A program made the translations under genes and the position numbers. Shown piece by piece: positions 51,268 through 59,422 of a stretch of 64,000 nt of DNA. The stretch comes from Planctomycetota bacterium (GTDB lineage Bacteria > Planctomycetota > UBA8108 > SXIK01). The number at the start of each line of letters is the position of its first letter. Within the stretch, counting starts at the first letter, position 1. Location of the stretch: NCBI GenBank assembly GCA_965223845.1, contig CBDCXR010000004.1, positions 6,464,001-6,528,000 on the forward strand, read 5' to 3'. The notes below the pieces were generated by a model, which saw only the letters and a program-made list of their open reading frames with translations, ran no database searches and was not told the DNA's origin.

Positions 51268-52071
51268 CTACGACTGCAGCACGCGCTGCGCCGACTCGAG
51301 CCACGACTGGTCGCGACGCGGGTAGAGGTAGTTCATCGTCGGAAGGATGCGATCCGTCTCGAGTCGGCGATCAGCCGTGCTCAGGTGGTGAAACGCGTCC
51401 TTGATCTCTCCGAGCCGCTCTTCCGCGGCGGCGCGCATCGCCGGGGAGAAACCGTCGGGGCTGTGGGCCCGAGAGAGTAGCCGGTGTGCGGTCTTGATGT
51501 CCTCGGCGTCCGACTCCCGCGGAATGCCGAGGATCGCGTAGTAGTTCGGCGTGCTGTCGCGACCGACCTGAAGCGGCAGCGGATCCATCATGTACGCCTT
51601 GTAGTAGTAGAGCGTCACGATTTCTCCGAGGGCTCGCTTTCGCGCGGCGCTGAGCCTCTCGAGAAGCGCGAGGACGACGGACTTGCGCAAGTCGAGGAGG
51701 AGATTGACGACGTCGGATGCGTAGCTCGCCTCGAAGGCGTCGAGAATCTCCGGCGCCGGCGTCGACTCGAAGAGCGCTTCGAGCTCGTCCTGAGGGAGCT
51801 CGATCCACCGGCGGATGAACTTGTTCGTTTTTCTCTTAGGCGGCGCTGCGGCCGCCTTCTTCGCGGCGGGCTTCGTGGTGGACGTCTTCTTTGCGCTGGG
51901 CGTTTTGGTCGCCCGTTTTTCCGCAGTTTTCTTCTTCGTCGCGCTCGCCTTCGCGTCATCCGAGCTCGATTTCTTCGTGCTCGTCTTCTTTGCGGTCTTC
52001 GTGCTTGTCTTCTTGCCGCTCGCCTTCTTCGAGGCGCGCGCGGGCTTCGAATCGATCTTCTTCTTGACCAT
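51268..52071 (-). CDS. Histone-H1-like K/A/S/T-rich N-terminus + helical middle domain + J-like domain
   Basis: MVKKK..SKKASGKKTSTKTAKKTSTKK..; NYYAILGI..AEDIKTAHRLLSRAHSPD..AEERLGEIKDAFHHLS; start moved to ATG 52071. Confidence 0.85.
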   Translation of the reverse strand: MVKKKIDSKPARASKKASGKKTSTKTAKKTSTKKSSSDDAKASATKKKTAEKRATKTPSAKKTSTTKPAAKKAAAAPPKRKTNKFIRRWIELPQDELEALFESTPAPEILDAFEASYASDVVNLLLDLRKSVVLALLERLSAARKRALGEIVTLYYYKAYMMDPLPLQVGRDSTPNYYAILGIPRESDAEDIKTAHRLLSRAHSPDGFSPAMRAAAEERLGEIKDAFHHLSTADRRLETDRILPTMNYLYPRRDQSWLESAQRVLQS

Positions 52072-52615
52072 GACCGCTGGGGACCGTTCGCGTGGGGCGG
52101 AAAAGCGCGGCCGCGGACGCGATCGTCCGGGCCGTTCGAGTTGAGTGCGCAGTTCGCGGGCGCGCACCGCTCCCGGCGGGCGCTGGGGCGACGATCGGAT
52201 TCGAGCCGTACGTTCGGCGCGATTCGAGTCGTCGCCCCGAGGCGACACGACGAACCGTCGAAACGACAGCGCGAGGATCAACCGCGAAACAGAACGCGGG
52301 AAGAGATCGCCTTGAGCACTCCCGGCGTCGGAAGTGGCGCGCGGACGCTTGCTCCCTGGGAGCTCGGGTCCGCACGCAGGTGTCGCCCGGCTCAACGATC
52401 GACGGGCGATTCGTCCGCCGCGATTCGATTGGGGGGCTTGCGCGATCTCCCGCGTATCGAGGAGAATAGATGCCTCATCTCACCCGAAAAGTCCACGGAA
52501 AACCTCGCGCTCGCGGCGAGCTCGATGTCACATCTCGTTTTCCAGTAAGGTTTTGGTTCCGGTCGAGCGATCGCTCGCGCAGACGGCGAGCGCCGGCCGA
52601 GGCGGGCCGCTTCGT

Positions 52616-53647
52616 ATGTTCCTCCCGATCCGTTCGCTGCTCTGGATTCTTCGTGCGACCGGCTGCTCGGTTGTGCTCTGCGCGTCCGCTGCGGGCGCTC
52701 GAGCGGAAGACCTACCCGATCCCGATGCCGTCGAGACTCCGCGCGAGGTGAAGGGCCACGGGGGCGAAGTCTACTGCGTCGCGTTTGCGCCCGACTCCGG
52801 GCACGTCGCATCGGGAAGCTTCGACCGTACTGCGCGGATCTGGCGCGTGAAGGACGGTGCGCCGCGGGTCGCGTTCGCCGGGCACGGCGGAAAGGTCATG
52901 GCCTGCGGCTTCAGCAAGGACGGGAAGCGCTTCGCGACGGGCGGGCAGGACAAGGTCGTTCGCGTTTGGGACGTCCCCGCCCTGGCGGCGGCCGAGCCCG
53001 CGCCGTCCGATCTCAAGCCGGCGCTTGAGCTCAAGGGACACGAGAGCTACGTGCAGGGTCTCGAGTTTTCGCCCGACGGCAAGTGGCTGGCTTCCGCCAG
53101 CGGTGACAAGTCGGTCCGCGTGTGGAGTCTCGCGGACGGGAAGGAAGCGAAGAAGCTCGACGGCCACGGCGCGAGCGTGTACGCGGTCGCATTCGCTCCG
53201 TCGGGGGCTCTGCTCGCTAGCGGCGGTTCCGACAAGACCGTGCGGCTGTGGAATCCGGTCGAGGGAAAGGAAGCGAAGACGATCGCGGACGCGCACGAGG
53301 AGGCCGTCCTCGCGCTCGCGTTCGTCGCGGATGGGAAGGAGCTCGTGAGCGCGGGGTTCGACCTCAAGCTCAAACGCTGGGACCTGGAATCCGCAAAGGT
53401 GATCACCGTCTACGCGGGGCATCGCGGCTGGCCGTGCGGAGTTGGGGTCGATCCGAGCGGTGCAACGCTCGTATCGGCCGACTACGGCGGACACATCGTC
53501 GAGTGGGATCTGGCGGCCGGCGCGGCGCGATCGCATCGTCGCGTCGCTCGGCCGCTCTATTCGATGGCCCTCTCTCCCGACGGCGGAACGGTCGCGCTCG
53601 CGGCGCGGGGAAACGTCGTTCTTCTCGTCCCGGCGAAGGCGCCGTAG
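52616..53647 (+). CDS. Secreted WD40-repeat protein
   Basis: Seven repeats GH...V..VAF.PD..ASGS.D.T.RIW; signal peptide. Confidence 0.93.
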   Translation: MFLPIRSLLWILRATGCSVVLCASAAGARAEDLPDPDAVETPREVKGHGGEVYCVAFAPDSGHVASGSFDRTARIWRVKDGAPRVAFAGHGGKVMACGFSKDGKRFATGGQDKVVRVWDVPALAAAEPAPSDLKPALELKGHESYVQGLEFSPDGKWLASASGDKSVRVWSLADGKEAKKLDGHGASVYAVAFAPSGALLASGGSDKTVRLWNPVEGKEAKTIADAHEEAVLALAFVADGKELVSAGFDLKLKRWDLESAKVITVYAGHRGWPCGVGVDPSGATLVSADYGGHIVEWDLAAGAARSHRRVARPLYSMALSPDGGTVALAARGNVVLLVPAKAP

Positions 53648-53842
53648 CGCGAATCGAAACCGCGGTGCCGATGTACGCCTCGCCGGTCCTCGCAGCGGCT
53701 CTCCGCGCGCCGACGGAGAGGGACCGCTCGAACGGGGAAGGGCGCGAGGCGGAAGATCGACGAGTCCCGGTAAACGAAACACCGGGATCACGTCGAAGAA
53801 GGGAAGAGTTCGCCGGTTCGTTTCGCCGAGGAGGCGAGGTCG

Positions 53843-55225
53843 ATGTCCGAAATCCAAGGAATGTTGAGCGCCGAAGCGCTCGCCGACGCCGTCGCGAGTG
53901 ACGAGATCGACACCGTGATCGTGGCGTTCACGGATCTCTACGGCCGACTCGTCGGAAAGCGCTTCGACGCCGGCTACTTCGTCCGGTCGATCGCGAAGGC
54001 CGGAACGCACGGCTGCGACTACCTCTTCACGGTCGACATGGAGATGGATCCGATCGCCGGTTACCGCTTCGCGAACTGGGAGAGCGGCTACGGCGACGTC
54101 CACCTCGTGCCGGATCTCTCGACCCTGCGCCGAGCCGCCTGGCTCGATCGGACCGCGCTCGTGCTCTGTGACGTCGAGCGCGGCGACGGGCACGAGCCCG
54201 TCCCGATCGCCCCGCGCTCGATCCTCAAGGCGCAGATCGCACGCGCGCACGCGCTCGGCTACACGGCGGCGGCGGCGTCGGAGCTCGAGTTCTATATCTT
54301 CGAAGACTCGTATCGGGACGCCGCCGGGAAGAATTGGACCGGACTCACGCCGTCGGGGTGGTACATCGAGGACTACCACACGCTACAGGGTTCGCGGGTA
54401 GAAGATCTCGTCGGCGCGGCTCGCCGCGAGCTGAGCGCGTCGGGCGTACCGGTGGAAAACTCGAAGGGCGAGTGGGGGCTCGGGCAGCACGAGATCAACG
54501 TTCGCTACGCCGACGCTCTCTCGATGGCGGACCGGCACGTCGTCTACAAGCAGTGTCTGAAAGAGATCGCCGATCGCGCGGGGCGGAGCGTTAGCTTCAT
54601 GCCGAAGTACTCGACCGATGGCGCGGGCTCGAGCTGTCACATCCACTTGAGTCTCTGGCAGAACGGACGGAACGCGTTCGCCGGTCAGGTGCCGGTCGGC
54701 TCGGTTCAGGCGAGCGATGTCTTTCGCTGGTTTCTCGGGGGCTGGCTCCGCCACACCGCGGATGTCATGGCGTTCTATGCGCCGACGATCAACGCGTACA
54801 AGCGATACCAGGCGGGTTCGTGGGCGCCGACGGGAATCGCCTGGAGCCGTGACAACCGCACCGCCGGATACCGCGTCGTCGGCAGCGGCGAGAGTCTTCG
54901 CATCGAGTGTCGAGTCCCCGGCGCCGACTGCAATCCGTACCTCGCGTTGGCGGCCGCGCTCGCGTCCGGGCTCGAAGGCATCGAGCAGCGAATCGAGCCC
55001 CCGGCGATGTTCGAAGGCGACGTATACGCCGCGGCGGACTCGGTGCCCAAGGTGCCGTCCACCCTGCGCGCCGCCGCGGACCAGTTCTCGGAAAGTGAAT
55101 TTACCGTCCGAGTCTTCGGCGAGGACGTCGTCGAGCACTACACGCACTTCTTCCGGACCGAGCAAGCCGCGTACGACGAAGCAGTGACCGACTGGGAGCG
55201 GCGGCGCTACTTCGAGAGGATCTGA
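53843..55225 (+). CDS. Glutamine-synthetase-family gamma-glutamylamide synthetase (GlnA4/PuuA-like)
   Basis: DLYGRLVGKR, WESGYGD, ELEF, KGEWGLGQHEIN, FMPK, GSSCHIHLSLW, NAYKRY, DNRTAGYRVVG, IECRVPGADCNPY, VTDWERRRYFERI. Confidence 0.93.
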   Translation: MSEIQGMLSAEALADAVASDEIDTVIVAFTDLYGRLVGKRFDAGYFVRSIAKAGTHGCDYLFTVDMEMDPIAGYRFANWESGYGDVHLVPDLSTLRRAAWLDRTALVLCDVERGDGHEPVPIAPRSILKAQIARAHALGYTAAAASELEFYIFEDSYRDAAGKNWTGLTPSGWYIEDYHTLQGSRVEDLVGAARRELSASGVPVENSKGEWGLGQHEINVRYADALSMADRHVVYKQCLKEIADRAGRSVSFMPKYSTDGAGSSCHIHLSLWQNGRNAFAGQVPVGSVQASDVFRWFLGGWLRHTADVMAFYAPTINAYKRYQAGSWAPTGIAWSRDNRTAGYRVVGSGESLRIECRVPGADCNPYLALAAALASGLEGIEQRIEPPAMFEGDVYAAADSVPKVPSTLRAAADQFSESEFTVRVFGEDVVEHYTHFFRTEQAAYDEAVTDWERRRYFERI

Positions 55226-55230
55226 GCGAG

Positions 55231-55959
55231 ATGGCCGGCGGCGCCCCCCGAATCGCCATCACGATGTACGGACGCGATGAGAACGCAGCGTTCTCGCTGC
55301 CGTCGGAGTACGTCGACTCCGTGCGGCGTGCGGGCGGGCTGCCGATTCTCCTCGCGCCGGGAGAGGAACGCTGGCGTGAGCTCCTCTATGTCGCCGACGG
55401 CTGGATTCTCGCGGGCGGCGGCGATCTCGATCCCGAACTTCACGGAGCGAGCGCGCACGAGTCGGTCTACATGGTCGACGAGGAGCGAGACACGAGCGAG
55501 CTGACTCTCGCCAAAACGCTCGTCTCCGGCGTGCAGCCGACACTCGGGATCTGTCGCGGCACGCAGGTGATCAACGTCGCACTCGGCGGAACACTCCACG
55601 TCCATCTGCCGGATGTCGTCGGGGACGAGATCGCGCATCGCGCTCCGCCTCGCGAGCCGGTGCCGCACGCGGTCTGCGTGGAGGACGGTACTCTGCTCGC
55701 TTCGCTGGTCGAAGAGCTCGAATTCGACGCGGAGTCTTGGCATCACCAAGCGATCGATCGAGTGCCGCGAGAGCTTCGCGTGGTCGCGCGGGCGCCGGAC
55801 GGAACGATCGAAGCGATCGAGATGCCGGGGCATGAGTGGCTCGTCGGCGTGCAGTGGCATCCCGAGCTCACCGCCGAGCGCGACCGCATCCAGCAGCGGA
55901 TCTTCGATCGTTTCGTCGAGGCCGTCCGTTGCCGTCGAATGACGAGGGAGACTCGATGA
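55231..55959 (+). CDS. gamma-glutamyl-gamma-aminobutyrate hydrolase family (peptidase C26, PuuD-like)
   Basis: GGGDLDP, LGICRGTQVINVALGGTL, SWHHQAI, GVQWHPE (Cys-His-Glu triad). Confidence 0.95.
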   Translation: MAGGAPRIAITMYGRDENAAFSLPSEYVDSVRRAGGLPILLAPGEERWRELLYVADGWILAGGGDLDPELHGASAHESVYMVDEERDTSELTLAKTLVSGVQPTLGICRGTQVINVALGGTLHVHLPDVVGDEIAHRAPPREPVPHAVCVEDGTLLASLVEELEFDAESWHHQAIDRVPRELRVVARAPDGTIEAIEMPGHEWLVGVQWHPELTAERDRIQQRIFDRFVEAVRCRRMTRETR

Positions 55960-56741
55960 GACTCGAAAGCAAAGTAGCGTGGATCACGGGTGCCGCGAGC
56001 GGTATCGGTCGCGAGTCGGCGGAGCTCTTCGCGCGCGAAGGGGCGTGCGTTGTTGCGGTCGACGTCGATGACGAAGGCGGCCGCGCGACCGTCGAGGCGA
56101 TCGAGGCGGCCGGCGGGCGGGCGGTGTACTGCCGCGGCGACGTATCGCGAGCGGCCGATGTCGCGGCGTCGATCGAGCGAGCCGAGCGCGAGTTCGGAAA
56201 ACTCGACATCCTCTTCAATAACGCCGGGATTATGCACAGCGCCGATGATGGCGCCGAGACGACCTCCGAAGACGTGTGGGACCTCACCATGGCGGTGAAC
56301 CTGAAGGGCGTGTTTCTCGGCTGCAAGTTCGGAATCCCCGCGCTTCGACGCGCTGGGGGCGGCTCGATCGTGAACACCGCGTCGTTCGTCGCCGTGCTCG
56401 GGGCGGCGACGCCGCAGGTCGCCTACACCGCGAGCAAGGGGGGAGTGCTCGCTTTCACCCGCGAACTCGCGGTGATCCACGCGCGCGAGGGGATCCGCGT
56501 GAACGCCCTCTGCCCGGGACCCCTCCGCACCGAGCTGCTCATGAAGTTTCTCGATACGGAAGAGAAGCGCGAGCGCCGGCTCGTCCACATCCCGATGGGG
56601 CGCTTCGGTGAGGCGCGCGAAATGGCGAAGGCGGCTCTCTATCTCGCGTCGGAGGAGTCGTCGTACTTGACGGGCGCGGAGTTTCTCGTCGACGGCGGTA
56701 TCACGAGTGCGTACGTCACGCCGGAAGGACCGCCGCAGTGA
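55956..56741 (+). CDS. Short-chain dehydrogenase/reductase
   Basis: ITGAASGIG, NNAGI, YTASK, IRVNALCPGP, VDGG; ATGA overlap. Confidence 0.95.
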   Translation: MRLESKVAWITGAASGIGRESAELFAREGACVVAVDVDDEGGRATVEAIEAAGGRAVYCRGDVSRAADVAASIERAEREFGKLDILFNNAGIMHSADDGAETTSEDVWDLTMAVNLKGVFLGCKFGIPALRRAGGGSIVNTASFVAVLGAATPQVAYTASKGGVLAFTRELAVIHAREGIRVNALCPGPLRTELLMKFLDTEEKRERRLVHIPMGRFGEAREMAKAALYLASEESSYLTGAEFLVDGGITSAYVTPEGPPQ

Positions 56742-56759
56742 TCGTGCGTTCCCGTTCGC

Positions 56760-57191
56760 TCAGGAGGGCTCGCCCTCGATCTCGTGGTCGAGCGCGTAAT
56801 TCGCAAGCCCGTCCGCGCGTGCGTTTTCCTCGCGACGGACGTGCGTGAACTCGATCGACTCGAACTTCTCCGCGAGGCTGCGACACGAGGTGTAGAGGGG
56901 CTTCAGCGTCGGCGAACGGACCGCGTATTCGCCGCGGAGTTGTCGGATGAGAAGCTGGCTGTCGCTCCGCAGCACGACGTGCTTCGCGCCCCGCTCGAGG
57001 GCGCGGGCGAGAGCCTCCTTGACGGCGGTGTACTCGGCGAAGTTGTTCGTCTGCCGCCCGAGCATGCGCGCGTGCTCATCGATCAAGTTTCCGTCCGTGT
57101 CGTGCACGCAGATTCCGATGGACGCCGGTCCCGGATTGCCGCGACTCGCGCCGTCGGTGTGGATGATGATCGAACTTGGCCACGTGCTCAT
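56760..57191 (-). CDS. rnhA: Ribonuclease HI (Rv2228c/archaeal-like clade)
   Basis: HTDGASRGNPG, TNNFAEY, SDSQL, HVRREENARADGLAN: all four acidic catalytic residues. Confidence 0.93.
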   Translation of the reverse strand: MSTWPSSIIIHTDGASRGNPGPASIGICVHDTDGNLIDEHARMLGRQTNNFAEYTAVKEALARALERGAKHVVLRSDSQLLIRQLRGEYAVRSPTLKPLYTSCRSLAEKFESIEFTHVRREENARADGLANYALDHEIEGEPS

Positions 57192-57317
57192 GATGCGATC
57201 GACCGTTCCGGTCGAGTGAAAAGGATGCGCAGTCCGATCGAACGAGACCGAGCGGAGGTTTGCCGAGCGCCCCAGTTGAGCGCAAGTCCTCGTGGAAGTC
57301 CAGCATCCGCGCGAACC

Positions 57318-57658
57318 GAAACGGGCTCCTTCTCTCGCCCCTGCGCTGTACTTCCCCCTCGAAAGGAGAACGGGGAAGCGGACCTCACGCGGGCCTTCCC
57401 GGACCGAGTGCCGGGGAGCGACGGGTCGCGCGAACGAAACGGAGAGGCGCGGCCGACCAGAAGCTCTGCGAAGCGGAGACAAGGACGAGAAGGGCGAACA
57501 CGGGGCAGTCGGTTACTGCTCCATGACGACTACTTCGCACAGACTGGTTCGAGCGTCGCGCCTCTCCGAAAACAGTAGCGAGATTCAGGGGCCGGTGCGC
57601 TCGGTCACCGTCCGAACGGGAGGGCCCCGGCGACACTCCCTCGGGCGGCTCGCGTTTC
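57318..57658 (+). ncRNA. Candidate large structured non-coding RNA (family not recognised; strand inferred)
   Basis: Eight nested helices 57391-57627 plus side hairpin 57351-57378 and closing helices; many G-U pairs and A-rich loops on + strand; no credible ORF. Confidence 0.5.
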
Positions 57659-57699
57659 CGGTCTGAACCGGCGACTCCGAGCGTGGCACGGTTCGTTAG

Positions 57700-57715
57700 A
57701 GCACGTGCCGTTCCA
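57700..57715 (-). promoter_or_regulatory. Putative sigma54 (-24/-12) promoter
   Basis: Minus strand TGGAACGGCACGTGCT: GG-N10-GC spacing, close to TGGCACG-N4-TTGCW; 95 bp from divergent sigma54 activator gene. Confidence 0.6.
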
Positions 57716-57809
57716 CGGCGGAGCGACGTCGAAACCTGCGTGCCGGCAGTGAGTTAGGGATCCGCGTCTCGACGCCCCCGCGGATGGCTGTGCATCCCTT
57801 GCGAGGTGG

Positions 57810-59339
57810 ATGTACGCTGAGTGCATGTGTGCGACCCAGCCGACCCTGACGAGCAGTGAGCGAGAGTTCTTCGACCTCGTCGCGCAGGCGGTCTTCGCGA
57901 ACCCGTTCAGCGACCGGCGCCGCGAGATCGACGAGCGGCTCCTCGGCGATCGCGGCGGGACTGCCGGTGTCGACGAGCGGGCGATGCTCCTCCAGGCACG
58001 CGTGAAGGAAGTCCTCGCGCGTCTCGACCGGCGACGCCTGGCCACCCTCGACGACATGCCCGCCGACCAGCGCGAGGCAGCGAAGATCGTCTTTCTCTTC
58101 GAGACGTACCACTCGTGGTTCAACGGACTCGAGCAACTCGTCGCCGACCAGCTGCGAGCCGGCGACGAACCGTGCCCCGTGCCGTTTGCGCGCGAGACGA
58201 TCGCCCATCTCCGCGCGCGCGGGTTCGACGAGGACGGGGCGGTCCGGTACTTCGCCCTCCTCTACCAGCTCCGTCGCGCGTACCACTTCATCGACTCGGG
58301 GCTCACCGGACGCAGTCGCGCGATGAAGGCGCTGCGCGGGCAATTGTGGAACAGCGTGATCTCGCACGATATCCGCTGGTACGATCGCTTCCTCATGGAC
58401 CGCATGGAGGATTTCTCCACTCTCCTCCTGGGCGAGACCGGTGCCGGGAAGGGGGCGGCCGCACGCGCGATCGGTCGCGCCGGGCTGATTCCGTTCGACG
58501 CCTCCCGCGGGCGCTTCGTCGAGAGCTTCACGCGCGCCTTCCTTTCGATCAATCTCTCGCAGTTCTCCGAGCTTCTCATCGAGTCGGAGCTCTTCGGTCA
58601 CAGCAAGGGCGCGTTCACCGGGGCGGTCGACGAGTACGACGGCGTGTTCGCTCGCTGCAGTCCGCACGGCGCGATCCTGCTCGACGAGATCGGCGAGGTG
58701 GGCGCGTCGATTCAGATCAAGCTCCTACAAGTGCTCCAGGAGCGCGAGTTCACGCCCGTTGGAGCTCGCGCGAGAAAGCGGTTCTCGGGCCGCGTCATCG
58801 CGGCGACGAATCGACCGCTCGCCGAGCTCCGGGAGAGCGTGCTCCGCGACGATTTCTTCTATCGTCTGTCGTCCAACATCATCACCGTGCCGTCGCTGCG
58901 CGCGCGCCTCGACGAAGATCCGGCCGAGCTCGACGTGCTCCTCGAGTCGACACTCTCGCGCATGGCGGGGGACGAGGCATCGACGCTCGTCGATCGCGTG
59001 CGGACGCGTATCGGCGAGTGCCTTCCTCCCGATTACGCCTGGCCGGGCAACGTGCGCGAGCTCGAGCAGTGCGTGCGGCGGATCCTCCTCACGAACGAGT
59101 ATCGACCCGCCAGTGCGGTGAACGAAGGCGGAACGCGTCAACTCGCATCGCGCCTCGAGGCCGGAGAGTTCACCGCGTCCGATCTTCTTCGCGAATACTG
59201 CCGCGTCCTCTACGAGTGCTGCGGAACCCTCGCCGAGGTCGCGCGACGAACGTCACTCGATCGCCGAACCGTAAAGAAGTACCTCGAAGAGGCGGGAGCA
59301 TCGTCTTCGCGGGATGGATCTTCCGAGTCGGATCACTGA
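57810..59339 (+). CDS. sigma54-dependent enhancer-binding protein with uncharacterised helical N-terminal domain
   Basis: GETGAGKG, ESELFGHSKGAFTGA, LLDEIGE, IAATNR, RDDFFYRL, WPGNVRELE, C-terminal HTH (AEVARRTSLDRRTVKKY). Confidence 0.95.
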   Translation: MYAECMCATQPTLTSSEREFFDLVAQAVFANPFSDRRREIDERLLGDRGGTAGVDERAMLLQARVKEVLARLDRRRLATLDDMPADQREAAKIVFLFETYHSWFNGLEQLVADQLRAGDEPCPVPFARETIAHLRARGFDEDGAVRYFALLYQLRRAYHFIDSGLTGRSRAMKALRGQLWNSVISHDIRWYDRFLMDRMEDFSTLLLGETGAGKGAAARAIGRAGLIPFDASRGRFVESFTRAFLSINLSQFSELLIESELFGHSKGAFTGAVDEYDGVFARCSPHGAILLDEIGEVGASIQIKLLQVLQEREFTPVGARARKRFSGRVIAATNRPLAELRESVLRDDFFYRLSSNIITVPSLRARLDEDPAELDVLLESTLSRMAGDEASTLVDRVRTRIGECLPPDYAWPGNVRELEQCVRRILLTNEYRPASAVNEGGTRQLASRLEAGEFTASDLLREYCRVLYECCGTLAEVARRTSLDRRTVKKYLEEAGASSSRDGSSESDH

Positions 59340-59422
59340 ATCGTCTCGCTTCGCGAGCGCCGTAGAGGACAATGGCGCTCAGTAAGAATGATTCAACTCT
59401 AGTTCTAGCGAGCGGAGCGGCG

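Noticed and set aside
53843-55225. Housekeeping glutamine synthetase glnA
   Set aside because: Sequence features and C26/SDR operon context indicate the gamma-glutamylamide synthetase branch
57292-57308. GTGGAAGTCCAGCATCC resembling RNase P RNA GAGGAAAGTCC
   Set aside because: Imperfect, and the 3' ACAGAA..CGGCTTA motif is absent
56760-57658. Retron or other retroelement (structured RNA next to RNase H)
   Set aside because: No reverse transcriptase (YxDD context) anywhere in the window
57260-57666. ORFs 57260-57526, 57292-57666, 57385-57636 in the structured region
   Set aside because: No motifs or convincing RBS, low-complexity translations; base-pairing explains the region better
57684-57699. 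Plus-strand TGGCACG as a sigma54 promoter for the activator gene
   Set aside because: Good -24 box but TA instead of GC at -12; the minus-strand motif has correct spacing
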